A DNA stretch of 64,000 nt from Marsupella aquatica. Lineage: Eukaryota > Plantae > Marchantiophyta. Below, in pieces: positions 24,925 through 34,933 of the stretch. Positions within the stretch are counted from its first letter, which is position 1. Every line of letters begins with the position of its first letter. The notes under the pieces are model-generated. The model was not told where the DNA came from. It worked only from the letters and a program-made list of their open reading frames with translations, and did not search any database. Location of the stretch: assembly GCA_973895155.1 (NCBI GenBank), contig OZ316892.1:17288357-17352356 (forward strand), in the 5' to 3' direction. The position numbers and the translations under genes are program-made.

Positions 24925-27660
24925 ATGGATCAGGGAATGGAGGGGGACATGAAAGCTGCACAATTTGTTTCTGTTTTTTTCCAATGGCAGGAAGATCACC
25001 CCGTTCAGGGAGAGGAGGTCTCTTTTGAGTTATTAGAGGCCACAGAGACTACCTTGGATATTAAAGCAAAGGGCATGTCGTTCCAGCTGTTACTTCCTGC
25101 AGTACTACTTCAGAAGGACGTTGTGTCTGATGAGGTAATCATTGCTATGAATCTGGATAATTCAGCTCCTAGCAGCCTTATGGTTGCAGTGAACGAGAAA
25201 CTGGAACGTGTTCCAATTGGTCCACGTGCGCTTGAACAGGGGTTGGATGTTATTGCCAAGGCACTGATAAGCTATGAAGGAAAGAGAAAACGGGAGCCAC
25301 AGAGTAAGGCTGTGCAGCTTCAAGGCGGGATGACTTTGCTCCATGATTTCACTTTTCCAATTGAGAGCTCAATTGGTCAGGCCAATACGGTTGAGGTACA
25401 CGAAGAAAAGTCATCAAACTATGATAGTGATGTTGGGTTGAGTTCAGATGGTCTGGAGGGACATTTCAAAGGTTCTCTTCAAGGGGTGATCAGAGAAGCC
25501 AGTGAGAGGTGTGAGGCAGCTCGGTATCGCAGTGTGGAGTCTTTTCTTTATGTACCTGTCGAACCAAGCTTTTCAGGTCCATCAGAGCTTTTGTATATGG
25601 ATGACATATTGAAGTTTTGCAAAGTCTCGGCTGTGTCTAACAAGTGCCAGGTGAGGATACAAGCCGAGGTGGTCGGCTTTGTCAATGATGTGAAAATAGC
25701 TGCTTCTCTTGGATTGCCATGCTCCAAAACTATCCAAATATTCCTAGAGTTTGACAAGCAATTCAGGGTTGAAAGGGGCCCGAGGCAGCCTTTCACATTG
25801 AACCGTGTCACTGCGGGACTTCAAATGGCAAGATGTGCGCAGTTTCTTCCGGATGTTGAAACCAGTTGGACTGACTTCACGGGAGGGGGATCACATGACG
25901 AATTTGAGGCAGAATGTAGGAAGTTTCATGGACGACGGACTGTGGCATATGGTACAACTCTGCTTATACCTGAACTGATCAAGGCTTTCTTCGCCTTCAG
26001 GAGTGGAAATTCTGCTGTAAACCCTCGAGCAAGACCTTGGAAAAATCATTACATGGATGCGGCTCTTGAGAGATTTGCCTTGCTAGAAAATCCATTGATT
26101 GGCCTAATATCTTTTATTGGATCTCAAATGAGGACCCTGCCGAGTTGGTGTGCCGTCTGCTGGAGTCTGCTTCCTACATCAGTTTGGCGACTAAGAACTT
26201 GCCAAAACGATTTGTGTTTATATGACTTTGAAGAGCTGGGGTTAGGGGCAACCATTCATCATGAGATTCAGGAATCGCCAGAGGTGGTGGAGTTGGAATT
26301 GTCTCTGGCATGTGCAGCTGCCTCCAGTGACCGGGATGTTTTTGAGCCTTTCCCATCATTTTTACTATCAGAAAGTGTCTTGAGGGGACGGAGCGGTTGG
26401 TTCTCTGAGACATCTAGGCAGGTTACTACCAGGACGGTGGACAGCTCATCAATTCCTATTGCGGCAAAGAAGATTGTTACTGGAGGAGTAACAACCTTTA
26501 TTCAGCAAAGAGAGAGTGATGGAAGTGAGAAAACGAACAAGCAATTGTCACTGCTGTTGGGAATTCTGCAAGACATCCCAAGTTTAGCAGATCTTAAACA
26601 GAGTGCTGGTGATGAGAATTCACTGAAAAAAAACCTATTTAAGGCGGCCTTTTCCATATGGAGAAAGACCTATCCTAGAGCAAGGGCGGCGCAATGTCAG
26701 ATGTGGCTTTCGTATGAACTTTTGAGGTTCATCCTGTCAACAAATAGGTTGTCCCTTCGCATCATGAGAGAGGAAGAAGAATTCGAACTCAGCGCCAAGC
26801 CCAAATTTCAGTTTGTGGTGATTCATGACTCTCCCGAGAAAGAAGCAATATTCAATGAGCGCAGAAAACAGAAAGGTTCTTTTTTTGCCTTCCATGGAAG
26901 TGGCCCTGGTAACTGGTACTCCATTTTGAGGAATGGGCTGAGGCCCATGAGCAATACTAAGTACATGTGTTCTGGAGCTGATTATGGTGAAGGAATCTAC
27001 CTTGCTGATAATTTTGACATTTCATATTCGTATGCCAGACGCAGCTCACAGCGTTCCTGGGATAACAGAAGTCGTTCCTGGGATAACGGAAGTTTGAGAA
27101 AAGGAATGGTAGTGATAGCCATCTGTGAAGTAATTGCAGGGGCCACTAGAGGACTGGCTAAGCATGGCCGTCGCCTAAATAAGCACATATTTGTTGTTCC
27201 ACCTGGTCAGGAGGATAGCGTCTCGGTGCGCTATTTGTTCGTGATGGATCAATTCTGTAATCATTCTGAATCACGATTATTTATCAGGGGGCGCATGTTG
27301 CAAGAAGGTTTTCCATCACCGCTTCAAATGGATCTGAGGGAGAAGTATGAGAGATTACAAAAGGAAGACCAGGTGCTGCAGGCGATCACTTTGCTAGAGC
27401 GAAGGAAGACAGCCTTCTGGAGAATGAAAGGGGAAATGTCCTGTCCCAAGACTGATACCGACCGTGTGGACAACAAGCTACCAATCCCTGCCACTACAGA
27501 GCCTGGTTGCTACGCATCACCTGGAAGTGAGGGAGAGTCTCCCACATCCAGTTATAGAGCGCCTAGCTCAAAAAGGTTCAAGGGCGAACTACACAAGGGC
27601 ATCATTGACAGCTACGGCAAGACAGGCTATCACTGCAAAGCTCACGACTGTACAAAATGA
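24925..27660 (+). CDS. PARP6/PARP8-like (clade 6) mono-ADP-ribosyltransferase, intronless, ~911 aa from the first ATG
   Basis: Cys cluster WCAVC...RTCQNDLCLYDF, DVFEPFP motif, catalytic FAFHGSGPGNWYSILRNGL...YGEGIYLA...HIFVVP (H-Y-I triad). Confidence 0.85.
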   Translation: MDQGMEGDMKAAQFVSVFFQWQEDHPVQGEEVSFELLEATETTLDIKAKGMSFQLLLPAVLLQKDVVSDEVIIAMNLDNSAPSSLMVAVNEKLERVPIGPRALEQGLDVIAKALISYEGKRKREPQSKAVQLQGGMTLLHDFTFPIESSIGQANTVEVHEEKSSNYDSDVGLSSDGLEGHFKGSLQGVIREASERCEAARYRSVESFLYVPVEPSFSGPSELLYMDDILKFCKVSAVSNKCQVRIQAEVVGFVNDVKIAASLGLPCSKTIQIFLEFDKQFRVERGPRQPFTLNRVTAGLQMARCAQFLPDVETSWTDFTGGGSHDEFEAECRKFHGRRTVAYGTTLLIPELIKAFFAFRSGNSAVNPRARPWKNHYMDAALERFALLENPLIGLISFIGSQMRTLPSWCAVCWSLLPTSVWRLRTCQNDLCLYDFEELGLGATIHHEIQESPEVVELELSLACAAASSDRDVFEPFPSFLLSESVLRGRSGWFSETSRQVTTRTVDSSSIPIAAKKIVTGGVTTFIQQRESDGSEKTNKQLSLLLGILQDIPSLADLKQSAGDENSLKKNLFKAAFSIWRKTYPRARAAQCQMWLSYELLRFILSTNRLSLRIMREEEEFELSAKPKFQFVVIHDSPEKEAIFNERRKQKGSFFAFHGSGPGNWYSILRNGLRPMSNTKYMCSGADYGEGIYLADNFDISYSYARRSSQRSWDNRSRSWDNGSLRKGMVVIAICEVIAGATRGLAKHGRRLNKHIFVVPPGQEDSVSVRYLFVMDQFCNHSESRLFIRGRMLQEGFPSPLQMDLREKYERLQKEDQVLQAITLLERRKTAFWRMKGEMSCPKTDTDRVDNKLPIPATTEPGCYASPGSEGESPTSSYRAPSSKRFKGELHKGIIDSYGKTGYHCKAHDCTK

Positions 27661-28358
27661 GACTGGGGAGCTCAAGCCGTGGGCATCCGGTGGAGCACGA
27701 ATGGAGTCAGCCACTGCAACACAGGCCATTACAGCAAAGCTCCCGAGTCTACAGACTGACACTGGGCAGTCAAAGCTGAGATCATCTTCTCCCAGTGGAG
27801 CTCGATTTGAGTCAGCCACTGCAACAGAAGCCATCACAAAGAGTTGAAGAATATTCAGAAAAAACTCGGAAGTCAAAGCAAGGAACATCTTCTTCCGGTG
27901 GTCTTGGCTCTCAGCCATTTCTGGCAAACATCACTGTCGAATTTCCGGAGGAGACTAATATTTACATATGGCACGTAACTTTGTCTCACAATCTGGTCAA
28001 GAGCCATGCTACCCTATACAAGGACCTGCAAGAGCAGGCTGTTTTGATGAAGCAGCCTGAATCTTATGTTCTTTTGGTATCCTTTTGAACCTCCATTTGT
28101 CAGAGTTGTTAGCCCCAAGTTCGTATTCTACACAGGACACGTCACAATTGGTGGGAGCATCTGCATGGAGCTACTTACTACCACTGGGTGGCTACCCTTG
28201 AAAGTGTCTTGGTTTAAATTGTGGATGCATTTATCGGAGGGCAGGGGAGGATCGACATGAGGTCTGTCTGGAAAGAATACTCGAAGGAAGAGTCACAGAG
28301 ATCTTTCACTCGAGTTGCTGAACAACATGGTTGGACTGGTAGCAAAAGCAGAAATTAA
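27570..28358 (+). pseudogene. Disrupted C-terminal UBE2Q-like ubiquitin-conjugating (E2) domain of the PARP gene
   Basis: Pieces in shifting frames: SATATEAIT / KELKNIQKK / NITVEFPEETNIYIWHV...LYKDL / [15 protein letters not shown]...[19 protein letters not shown] / [19 protein letters not shown]...YSKEESQRSFTRVAEQHGW...*. Confidence 0.85.
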
Positions 28359-28664
28359 GTCAATATGACACGCGTGTGGGCCTCAATCTACATAACGACT
28401 TTGGTTGTAACTGAGAACGAGGGCACAACTTTCATGAATTGCTAAAAAGTGTAATATATTGTAAAAGAGAAGTGGTCCTGAGCAGATTTTGAAAATATGG
28501 TCAATCCGGTTTTCGGGCAGAATGGAAGTGTCTCTGATATTCCAAGAGAAGTTGTCCGAGGTATAATACATTCTTTTGGCATTGGGTTGGAGGTGGGTAC
28601 GATGATTTTGAAAAGAGCATGGTTTAGTAATTTCTAGTAGTTCGGTGAGACATAATCCTACATA

Positions 28665-30157
28665 GGAGTGGACCTTGCCACCTAGCATCCCCGCCTAAGT
28701 GCCCCTGGTGCCCGAACGTCTTCACGAAATACCTTGAACAAGCAATTTAGTGCCCCTTGTACCAGCAGCAGCCCTTCCCATATGAAGCCGCATTTGCTCT
28801 CTAACATGATTGTTATTCAACGGTCTTCACTGTTTGCACAAGCAACCAAGTGTCTTGGTAAGTAACTCTTCAGTATCTAGAACTCGTCAAGTCTAGCATC
28901 CTAACTTAAGCTCAGCAGACATTGGTAAGTAGGTCAGCAATAGGTCCTTTCGATGCCATAAGTTGGAACCAGAACTCACGTTCACTGTTCGTCCAGAATA
29001 GCTCTTTCCTTGAGTGCTTCCCTGGTTCCCCCTCGTACCTATCCATCACCAACTGACCGCCCTGACACTTGGACATGCTCATGGCCCAAATAACGTAGCT
29101 TGTCGTAAAGCTTGTCCCAACGCTTTGGGACCATAATGGCCTCGACTCTAGTAACCAACTCCCGGTTCTCGCCCCACTGATGGTCTAGGGTCCAAGTGCC
29201 CTTGGAACTCAACCTCCATGCCTATTTGGCCTTGCCTCTCCAACGCAAGCTCCCTTGAGAGACTGAACATAGCTTGGCTGCTGTTTCGGTAGGATTTGGC
29301 AAGCTTACGTGATAACACCCGCAAACCTCGAGAGTCTACGGCACCCCAAGACCTAGCTGAGCTCAGGAGGATGTAGTCCTCCTTGAGAGCTTTCCAACAC
29401 ACCCCAAGAAGTCCTCCAACGGACTTCCCGTTGGGAAGATATCGTCGTTTCCATTTGGCGTTTTCCCTTAGTGTCGCGATCGTTGCGGCTGACGACTTCG
29501 GCTCGCCCTTAGCCCCCAGGGAGACACCACTCCCCTCATATATGTTTTTGGAGATCTGCCACCCCTGGACCAACTTTGGTCCCTAAAATTTTGGCCTCCA
29601 ACCTAGATCCTATCGTGTATACCGGGCGTGTCACCGACCAACAACGCCCATAACTTTCTCGTTAAGCGTCCGCAAGCGGAGTGCCTTAGCCCGTTGTGAT
29701 CGGGCTGACCTAGTGCTCATGCCTAGGCCCTCAGATCTCATCGTTGCTCGGGCCTCCCCGATCAGCCCAACTTGGATTGGGCCATAACTTGCGCCCCAAA
29801 CGTCCGTTGCCCATTGCGTCAACTCCATTGGCCCATGGCGTCAATTCCATTGGCCTTGGGCCCAAGAGGAGCTCTCACTCAAGCCCTGAGAACTCAAAGT
29901 CCGTCCGGGGGTCCGGACAGTCAACCTTGAGCCCGGCCCGTTTCCCCTTGACCCGACCAGCTCTCGGCTAGCCTAAGGGTTGTGTGTCACCAGCTTGGCG
30001 CCCTGCCTTTGCCAGTGCCACATCTCGTTGCCCACAAGTCTCCCCATGTTAAGTCCTCCCCGGATGGTCTATCGAGGCTTGGACCATAAGGGAGCTCGGC
30101 GTCGGAGTCAGCGACGCCGGAGCTAAGTGTTAAGGTAGTCGAGTTCTGCGACTTACA
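28665..30157 (-). mobile_element. LTR-like dispersed repeat (probable solo LTR), copy 1, ~1.5 kb
   Basis: Colinear similarity to 47270-48500 and, inverted, to 58345-59150. The minus-strand start reads TGTAAGTCGCAGAACTCGACTACC. No coding domain. TSD not resolved. Confidence 0.65.
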
Positions 30158-30679
30158 TTAAATGACAGGTATCCTTGGCAAAGAGGATGTTAACTTTGAG
30201 TAGGTAGTCAAATGACATTTAGATAGTACAACATTCAGTCTTTATTATAGATGAAGACCTCTACTTTTCCTGGAAGATGGGTACATACGTTTTGGAACGA
30301 AGTTGCTATTCTAGCTATAAAGTAGTTAGTCAAGGCACATACTTCCTATTGCTCAACACATGTGGTGTCTGAGCGCCAAGTGGCTGAGATTTTGAAGAAT
30401 TCAAGTGTTGAAATGATATTTTGAGGGATAATTGAACAAATACTGAGGTGAGATTCCAGAGAATAAATGAAAGAAATGCAAACAGTAAAGCTGCTGTTAT
30501 GTATGAAAACCAATGGTAAACCTCCGATGGGGTTTAGTCGTGAAAAGCAATTTCCCCAGGTATCCTGACTGAGCCCGTGAAAAAATTACTCTCTCAGTTT
30601 AGGAGTAATTATATATAGATCATGATTTTCACTACCCAACAAAGACTATAAGTAGACTGACTAGTGACATACTTGCCTA

Positions 30680-30925
30680 TGCAAAGGACTAGCCTGACTG
30701 CGCGCCCAAGCTTTGCTCAGATTCACTCTTGCCTTCCCCATCTGTACCCTCACCCCTAAACTTGGCCTCCACCCAGGAATTGCAGTCTAGACTAAGGCTT
30801 CACTCTAGACAGTAGCTTCGACATAGTTACATATGTAAAGGACTAGCCTGACTGCCCAAGCTCAGATCCACTCTTGCCCTCCCCATATATTCCCTCACCC
30901 CTAAACTTGCCTCCACCCAGGAGTT
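30680..30925. repeat. Tandem duplication, ~155 bp x2
   Basis: aaaggactagcctgactg...cactcttgcc...ccctcacccctaaactt...cctccacccagga occurs twice. Confidence 0.75.
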
Positions 30926-31348
30926 TAGGGTTTAAACCCCGTGTGTATTTCCTTCTTTGTAATTCTAGAGATGGTTATTATCCATTACCCCGCGGGTGAG
31001 CCACAGAACCCATGTGCCAGCCTGGCCGGGGGATTTTCAAATTTGAATGAGAATACAAGCAAGGAGCAAGTGACATTCATACAGTTATAATTTTTTGGAA
31101 TGTGCAAGGCCATATAGTCAGATTGTGTCAGGCACTGGTATTACTGTTTCTAGTCTGTGCCAGAACATGTTTGGCCTGTTTGTGGCAGGCATACCCTTAA
31201 CATTTACCAATGGTCCCGAGGTGGGCCATTAGTCAAATATGGCCTCCCTTATGCCTCCCTGCATATGCAGGCTGACAGACGGTGCCATTAGGATATACAC
31301 AATAGCTCCAGTTCCAAAGGGATTACACCCCATGACCCAAAGAGCCCA

Positions 31349-31498
31349 TGGGTTATGCTGCTATGTCATCCCATCCCACTCCCACTCCCAGGCTCTGGGT
31401 TACGCTGCTACACCATCCCTCTCCCACTCCCACTCCCACTCCCAGGCTCTGGGTTACGCTGCTACACCATCCCTGTCCCACTCCCACTCCCACTCCCG
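31349..31498. repeat. ~50-54-bp tandem repeat x3 containing (CCCACT)n, upstream of the TPR gene
   Basis: gggttacgctgctacaccatccct(c/g)tcccactcccactcccactccc units. Confidence 0.85.
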
Positions 31499-32118
31499 TT
31501 GTGTCTCACTGTGTGTCTCACTCTTTCTGTCTCTCTCTTGCTGTACATACTTTCTTTCTTCTTCGCTTCCGATTTCCCTCGAGAACACACAACGTCGTCT
31601 CATCATCAGTCCGTGCTCAGCCGCCGAAGCACCACGATCCACCATTGACCCTCGTTGCAGACCGGACAATTGTCTCTGATCGAGAGTGCTGTGCTCGCGA
31701 ATCTGTGGAGCTGCTCTTGGGAAGGCTTCGGAGGGAGCAGAGAAGGAAGGAGAGAAGGAGGGAGGGGAGGACGGAAGCGAGATGCATCGACGATTCATGG
31801 ATTGACGAAGTAGTGTTTTTCTCTATCGAATTTCCGCTCGTGGTTTTGACTCTGCGGTGGTGATGGATTCTGATCCGGGGACTGAGGGTTTGCGATGGTA
31901 GATTTGTTGTTGTTGAGGTTGTCGTTTCTCGGATACGCTTGCGTGATTAAGAATCGGAAGTGCTCCGTGAATTGGACGATCTGTGGGCGTTTACCGATCT
32001 CTGCGTGGAGGGAGCAGTTTGAGGGGAACAGCGGTGAACGGATGTATCAACGTGTTGGTGGACGAGAGTGAAGTGTGGAGGTCGGAGAAATTGCGGAGAG
32101 GAAAAGGGGGAGCGGAAA

Positions 32119-33447
32119 ATGAGCGCTGCGTTGTCAAGGACAGAGAGAGCGCATGGGAAGTACAGAGAGGGGCAATATGCGGAGGCGCTGAAGCTTTACT
32201 CCAGTGCCTTGTCTGTTGCCAAGCGAGGACCGCACCGGATTGCTCTGCATAGCAATCGTGCTGCCTGCTATCTCAAGCTCCAGAATTACAAAGAGGTGAC
32301 TGCTTTTGGAGAGTCTTCTGTTTGCATTCTGTGGAGTGAAGTGGGACTGAGATGAAACATCTTTTCTCTGTAGTAGGGAGAAATTTAAGAGAAATTTAAG
32401 AGCACATCACCACCTTTTTTGGAGGGTCTGTAGTGCATGTTTATCGAGGTGTTCCTTTGTGTGGTCATGGTTTCAATCAAACGTTTTATTCCATTACTGA
32501 ATTTTAAGTATTTGTTGCCCTAGTTTCCTTGCGTGCCTCTTGCTTTGCTTCTCTTCATGCCAGCGTTGCATTGGTTCCACCTGGCACGGTGTCTTAACTA
32601 CTGCAAATTGGTCGCCTTTGTGTACATTCAATCTCTTGCCCCAATTTAAGACTAGGCAGATTTCAAATGGATTTCTCTCTGTTCTGACATAATTTTGACA
32701 GGCAGCAGATGAGTGCAGTGCGGTGTTGGAGTTGGACCCCAAGCATGCAGGGGCGCTTATGTTGCGGGCACAGACATTGGTGGCCTTGAAAGACTATCAC
32801 ACGGCTCTTTTCGATGTGAATCGTCTATTGGAGCTAGACCCTTCTTCTCAAGTCTATCGTGGCTTACAAGCACGACTGAAGACTCAACTGGTAAGGTTTT
32901 TAACCCAAACATAGGCGAGAATCTTTCTTACCACGTAGGAATGGTTTCTAAATATTTCTTCTGGTGGATTGAACGATGTGCCTTTTCTCTCAGTGGAATC
33001 TAACTGAAACAGGTTCTCTCTATCCTCATTTAGTCTGCTGTACGTTGGTACACTCGATGGAGCATCTGCATCAAGTTGACTTTGTGGTATCTGCACAATA
33101 GTATTGCGTGACTTCTTGTCAGTCCTTGATGAGTGGAGTTGCTGCAGTCCTTGTCAACAATTACGGAGGAAGATGAAGGGGAAGAAGAGGAACCAGATTC
33201 ACCCAGCAGCATCGACAGGGAGGTTGAAAGAGAATCAGAGTCATTTATGACAGTTCCACCCACTGCAGACGAGAATAACCCACAGCCTGAGGGATGGGAT
33301 GCAATTCCTAAGCCACTAGGCCACTCCAAAGTAAATTATTCTCGGTGGGACACTTTTGCTAATGACTTGAGTAGCGATGAAGAGGAGGAGGAAGATGATG
33401 AACCTCAGTACAGGTATCGCTTCAAGGCAGTAAATTTTGTCAAGTAA
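32119..33447 (+). CDS. Tetratricopeptide-repeat protein. Exons 32119-32295, 32702-32890, 33148-33447
   Basis: TPR motifs (ERAHGKYREGQYAEALKLYSSAL; LHSNRAACYLKLQNYKEAADECSAVLELDP; ALMLRAQTLVALKDYHTALFDVNRLLELDP) and an acidic tail with GWDAIPKPLGHSKVNYSRWD. GT-AG introns in phase. Confidence 0.9.
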
Positions 33448-34145
33448 ACTTTGGAAACCTGGTTCATTACGAGATGTATAAAATATAGTCATTATTTGCC
33501 CATATGAGGAGACTTGGTGTGATTGTGGCATTGTCCTTGCCCATATGCCTCCATTTCAATTATTTTATCAATATGCGGTGGCCTTCTACCCTAAAAGCCG
33601 TTAAGGTCTGGTGGTTATCTGTGTGGGTTCGCTGCTTGGGTGTACTGTGTCAAACATTTTCACGCCGTTTGTGTTCTGTGAAGTTCGCTAGTAGTAGCTT
33701 TCTAAGAAACGAAATCTTGGGCATTGTGAGGGGGCTCTTCATATTGCAATGCAATTCATTTTTAAGGACTTGGGGGCATGGTAAATTTCTATTTGTTATC
33801 AAGAGGTTCTCAAGTATTCTGGTATTTGAGTTCAAAACTCGGTTCGGAAGCTATTTTTATAATCTCTGGTCGGAAATTGGCTTCACATTTCTATCCTTCC
33901 CCCTCTTCCGGATCAAGGGAGCACTTCGCGCTATTTTTACACCCTCTGCTATAAAATTGCCTCACAGTTCCATCTTTCCACCTCGTCCCGGTCAGCTCTC
34001 AAGTGGCGCCACGTACTTAGTAGGTCCAAATCTCAAGAGGGGTAGCTAATAAATACACGACCATAGGAACAGGTATCAATATGTTTTATTGGACTGATTC
34101 ACTCGACAATAGGAACAGACAACGCAATAGGAACAGATAAGGCTC

Positions 34146-34227
34146 TTTGACGTGTCTAGTAAGATGACTCTTCCAAGAAGGTGCTGCTACCCTCTTGGAA
34201 GGGAGTCATCTTACTAGACACGTCAAA
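34146..34227. other. Near-perfect 82-nt inverted repeat (candidate miRNA/hpRNA precursor or tiny foldback element)
   Basis: tttgacgtgtctagtaagatgactc-ttccaaga pairs with tcttggaa-gg-gagtcatcttactagacacgtcaaa: 25 + 8 bp with a 2-nt bulge. Confidence 0.75.
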
Positions 34228-34933
34228 AGTAGAGAGAACAACGAACCCTTGCGAGCCAACCCAGAAATTGCGATACAAAGTTAGCATAGACGAAATGGGG
34301 TTCAACAATGACAGGCGGCTAAGAAAAGCGATTTGGTTGCGATGTACATCACGACAGTCTGGGCCCCTACACTGAAGATATGCTCTATAGACGTATTTGA
34401 CTTGGTCAAATGTATCAGAAATTTGTTGCGTCGGATTCAGCGGTTTGCATACCCATAAATTTGTTTTATTTTGTGTTGAAGCCTCTATATTGGTCAAATT
34501 GTTTACGAAGACATCCGTATCTTCCGTGAAATTCAGGCTAAATAATCCACATATACCATTTAATCCAAAATCCCTCCTGTGTAGATTCATTTATTCTCCG
34601 ATATCTGGGACCAATTCGTCTCAGGGGAAACGCCAAACAAGTGGCCATTTCAAATGTTCATACCCAGAACTTCCGTAATCCTCCATAAAGCAGAATGTTC
34701 CAACACCAAACCCCACCATCAAAGTAAAGAAGTTAACGCTTTGGGATCTAATTGGGAAAAGCAGCCACAGCCATTCTACTAGTCCTGCAGATTCAATGAC
34801 ACAGTTCTGGAAATCACTCTGACAATGGCCGTAACATTTGTCTCTCGTGTCCTAACGAATAACACCGTCGTTGACCTCAGAGTCAATCTGTAATGCAAAA
34901 TCTTCCAGCTGACAATTTCAGGACTTTTTGAAT

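Noticed and set aside
27830-27870. Programmed ribosomal frameshifting to express the E2 domain
   Set aside because: Several independent shifts, deletions of conserved residues and an in-frame TAA are better explained by decay.
34156-34590. 144-aa minus-strand ORF downstream of RBL
   Set aside because: No motif. It lies in the probable RBL 3' region, and only the hairpin within it is distinctive.
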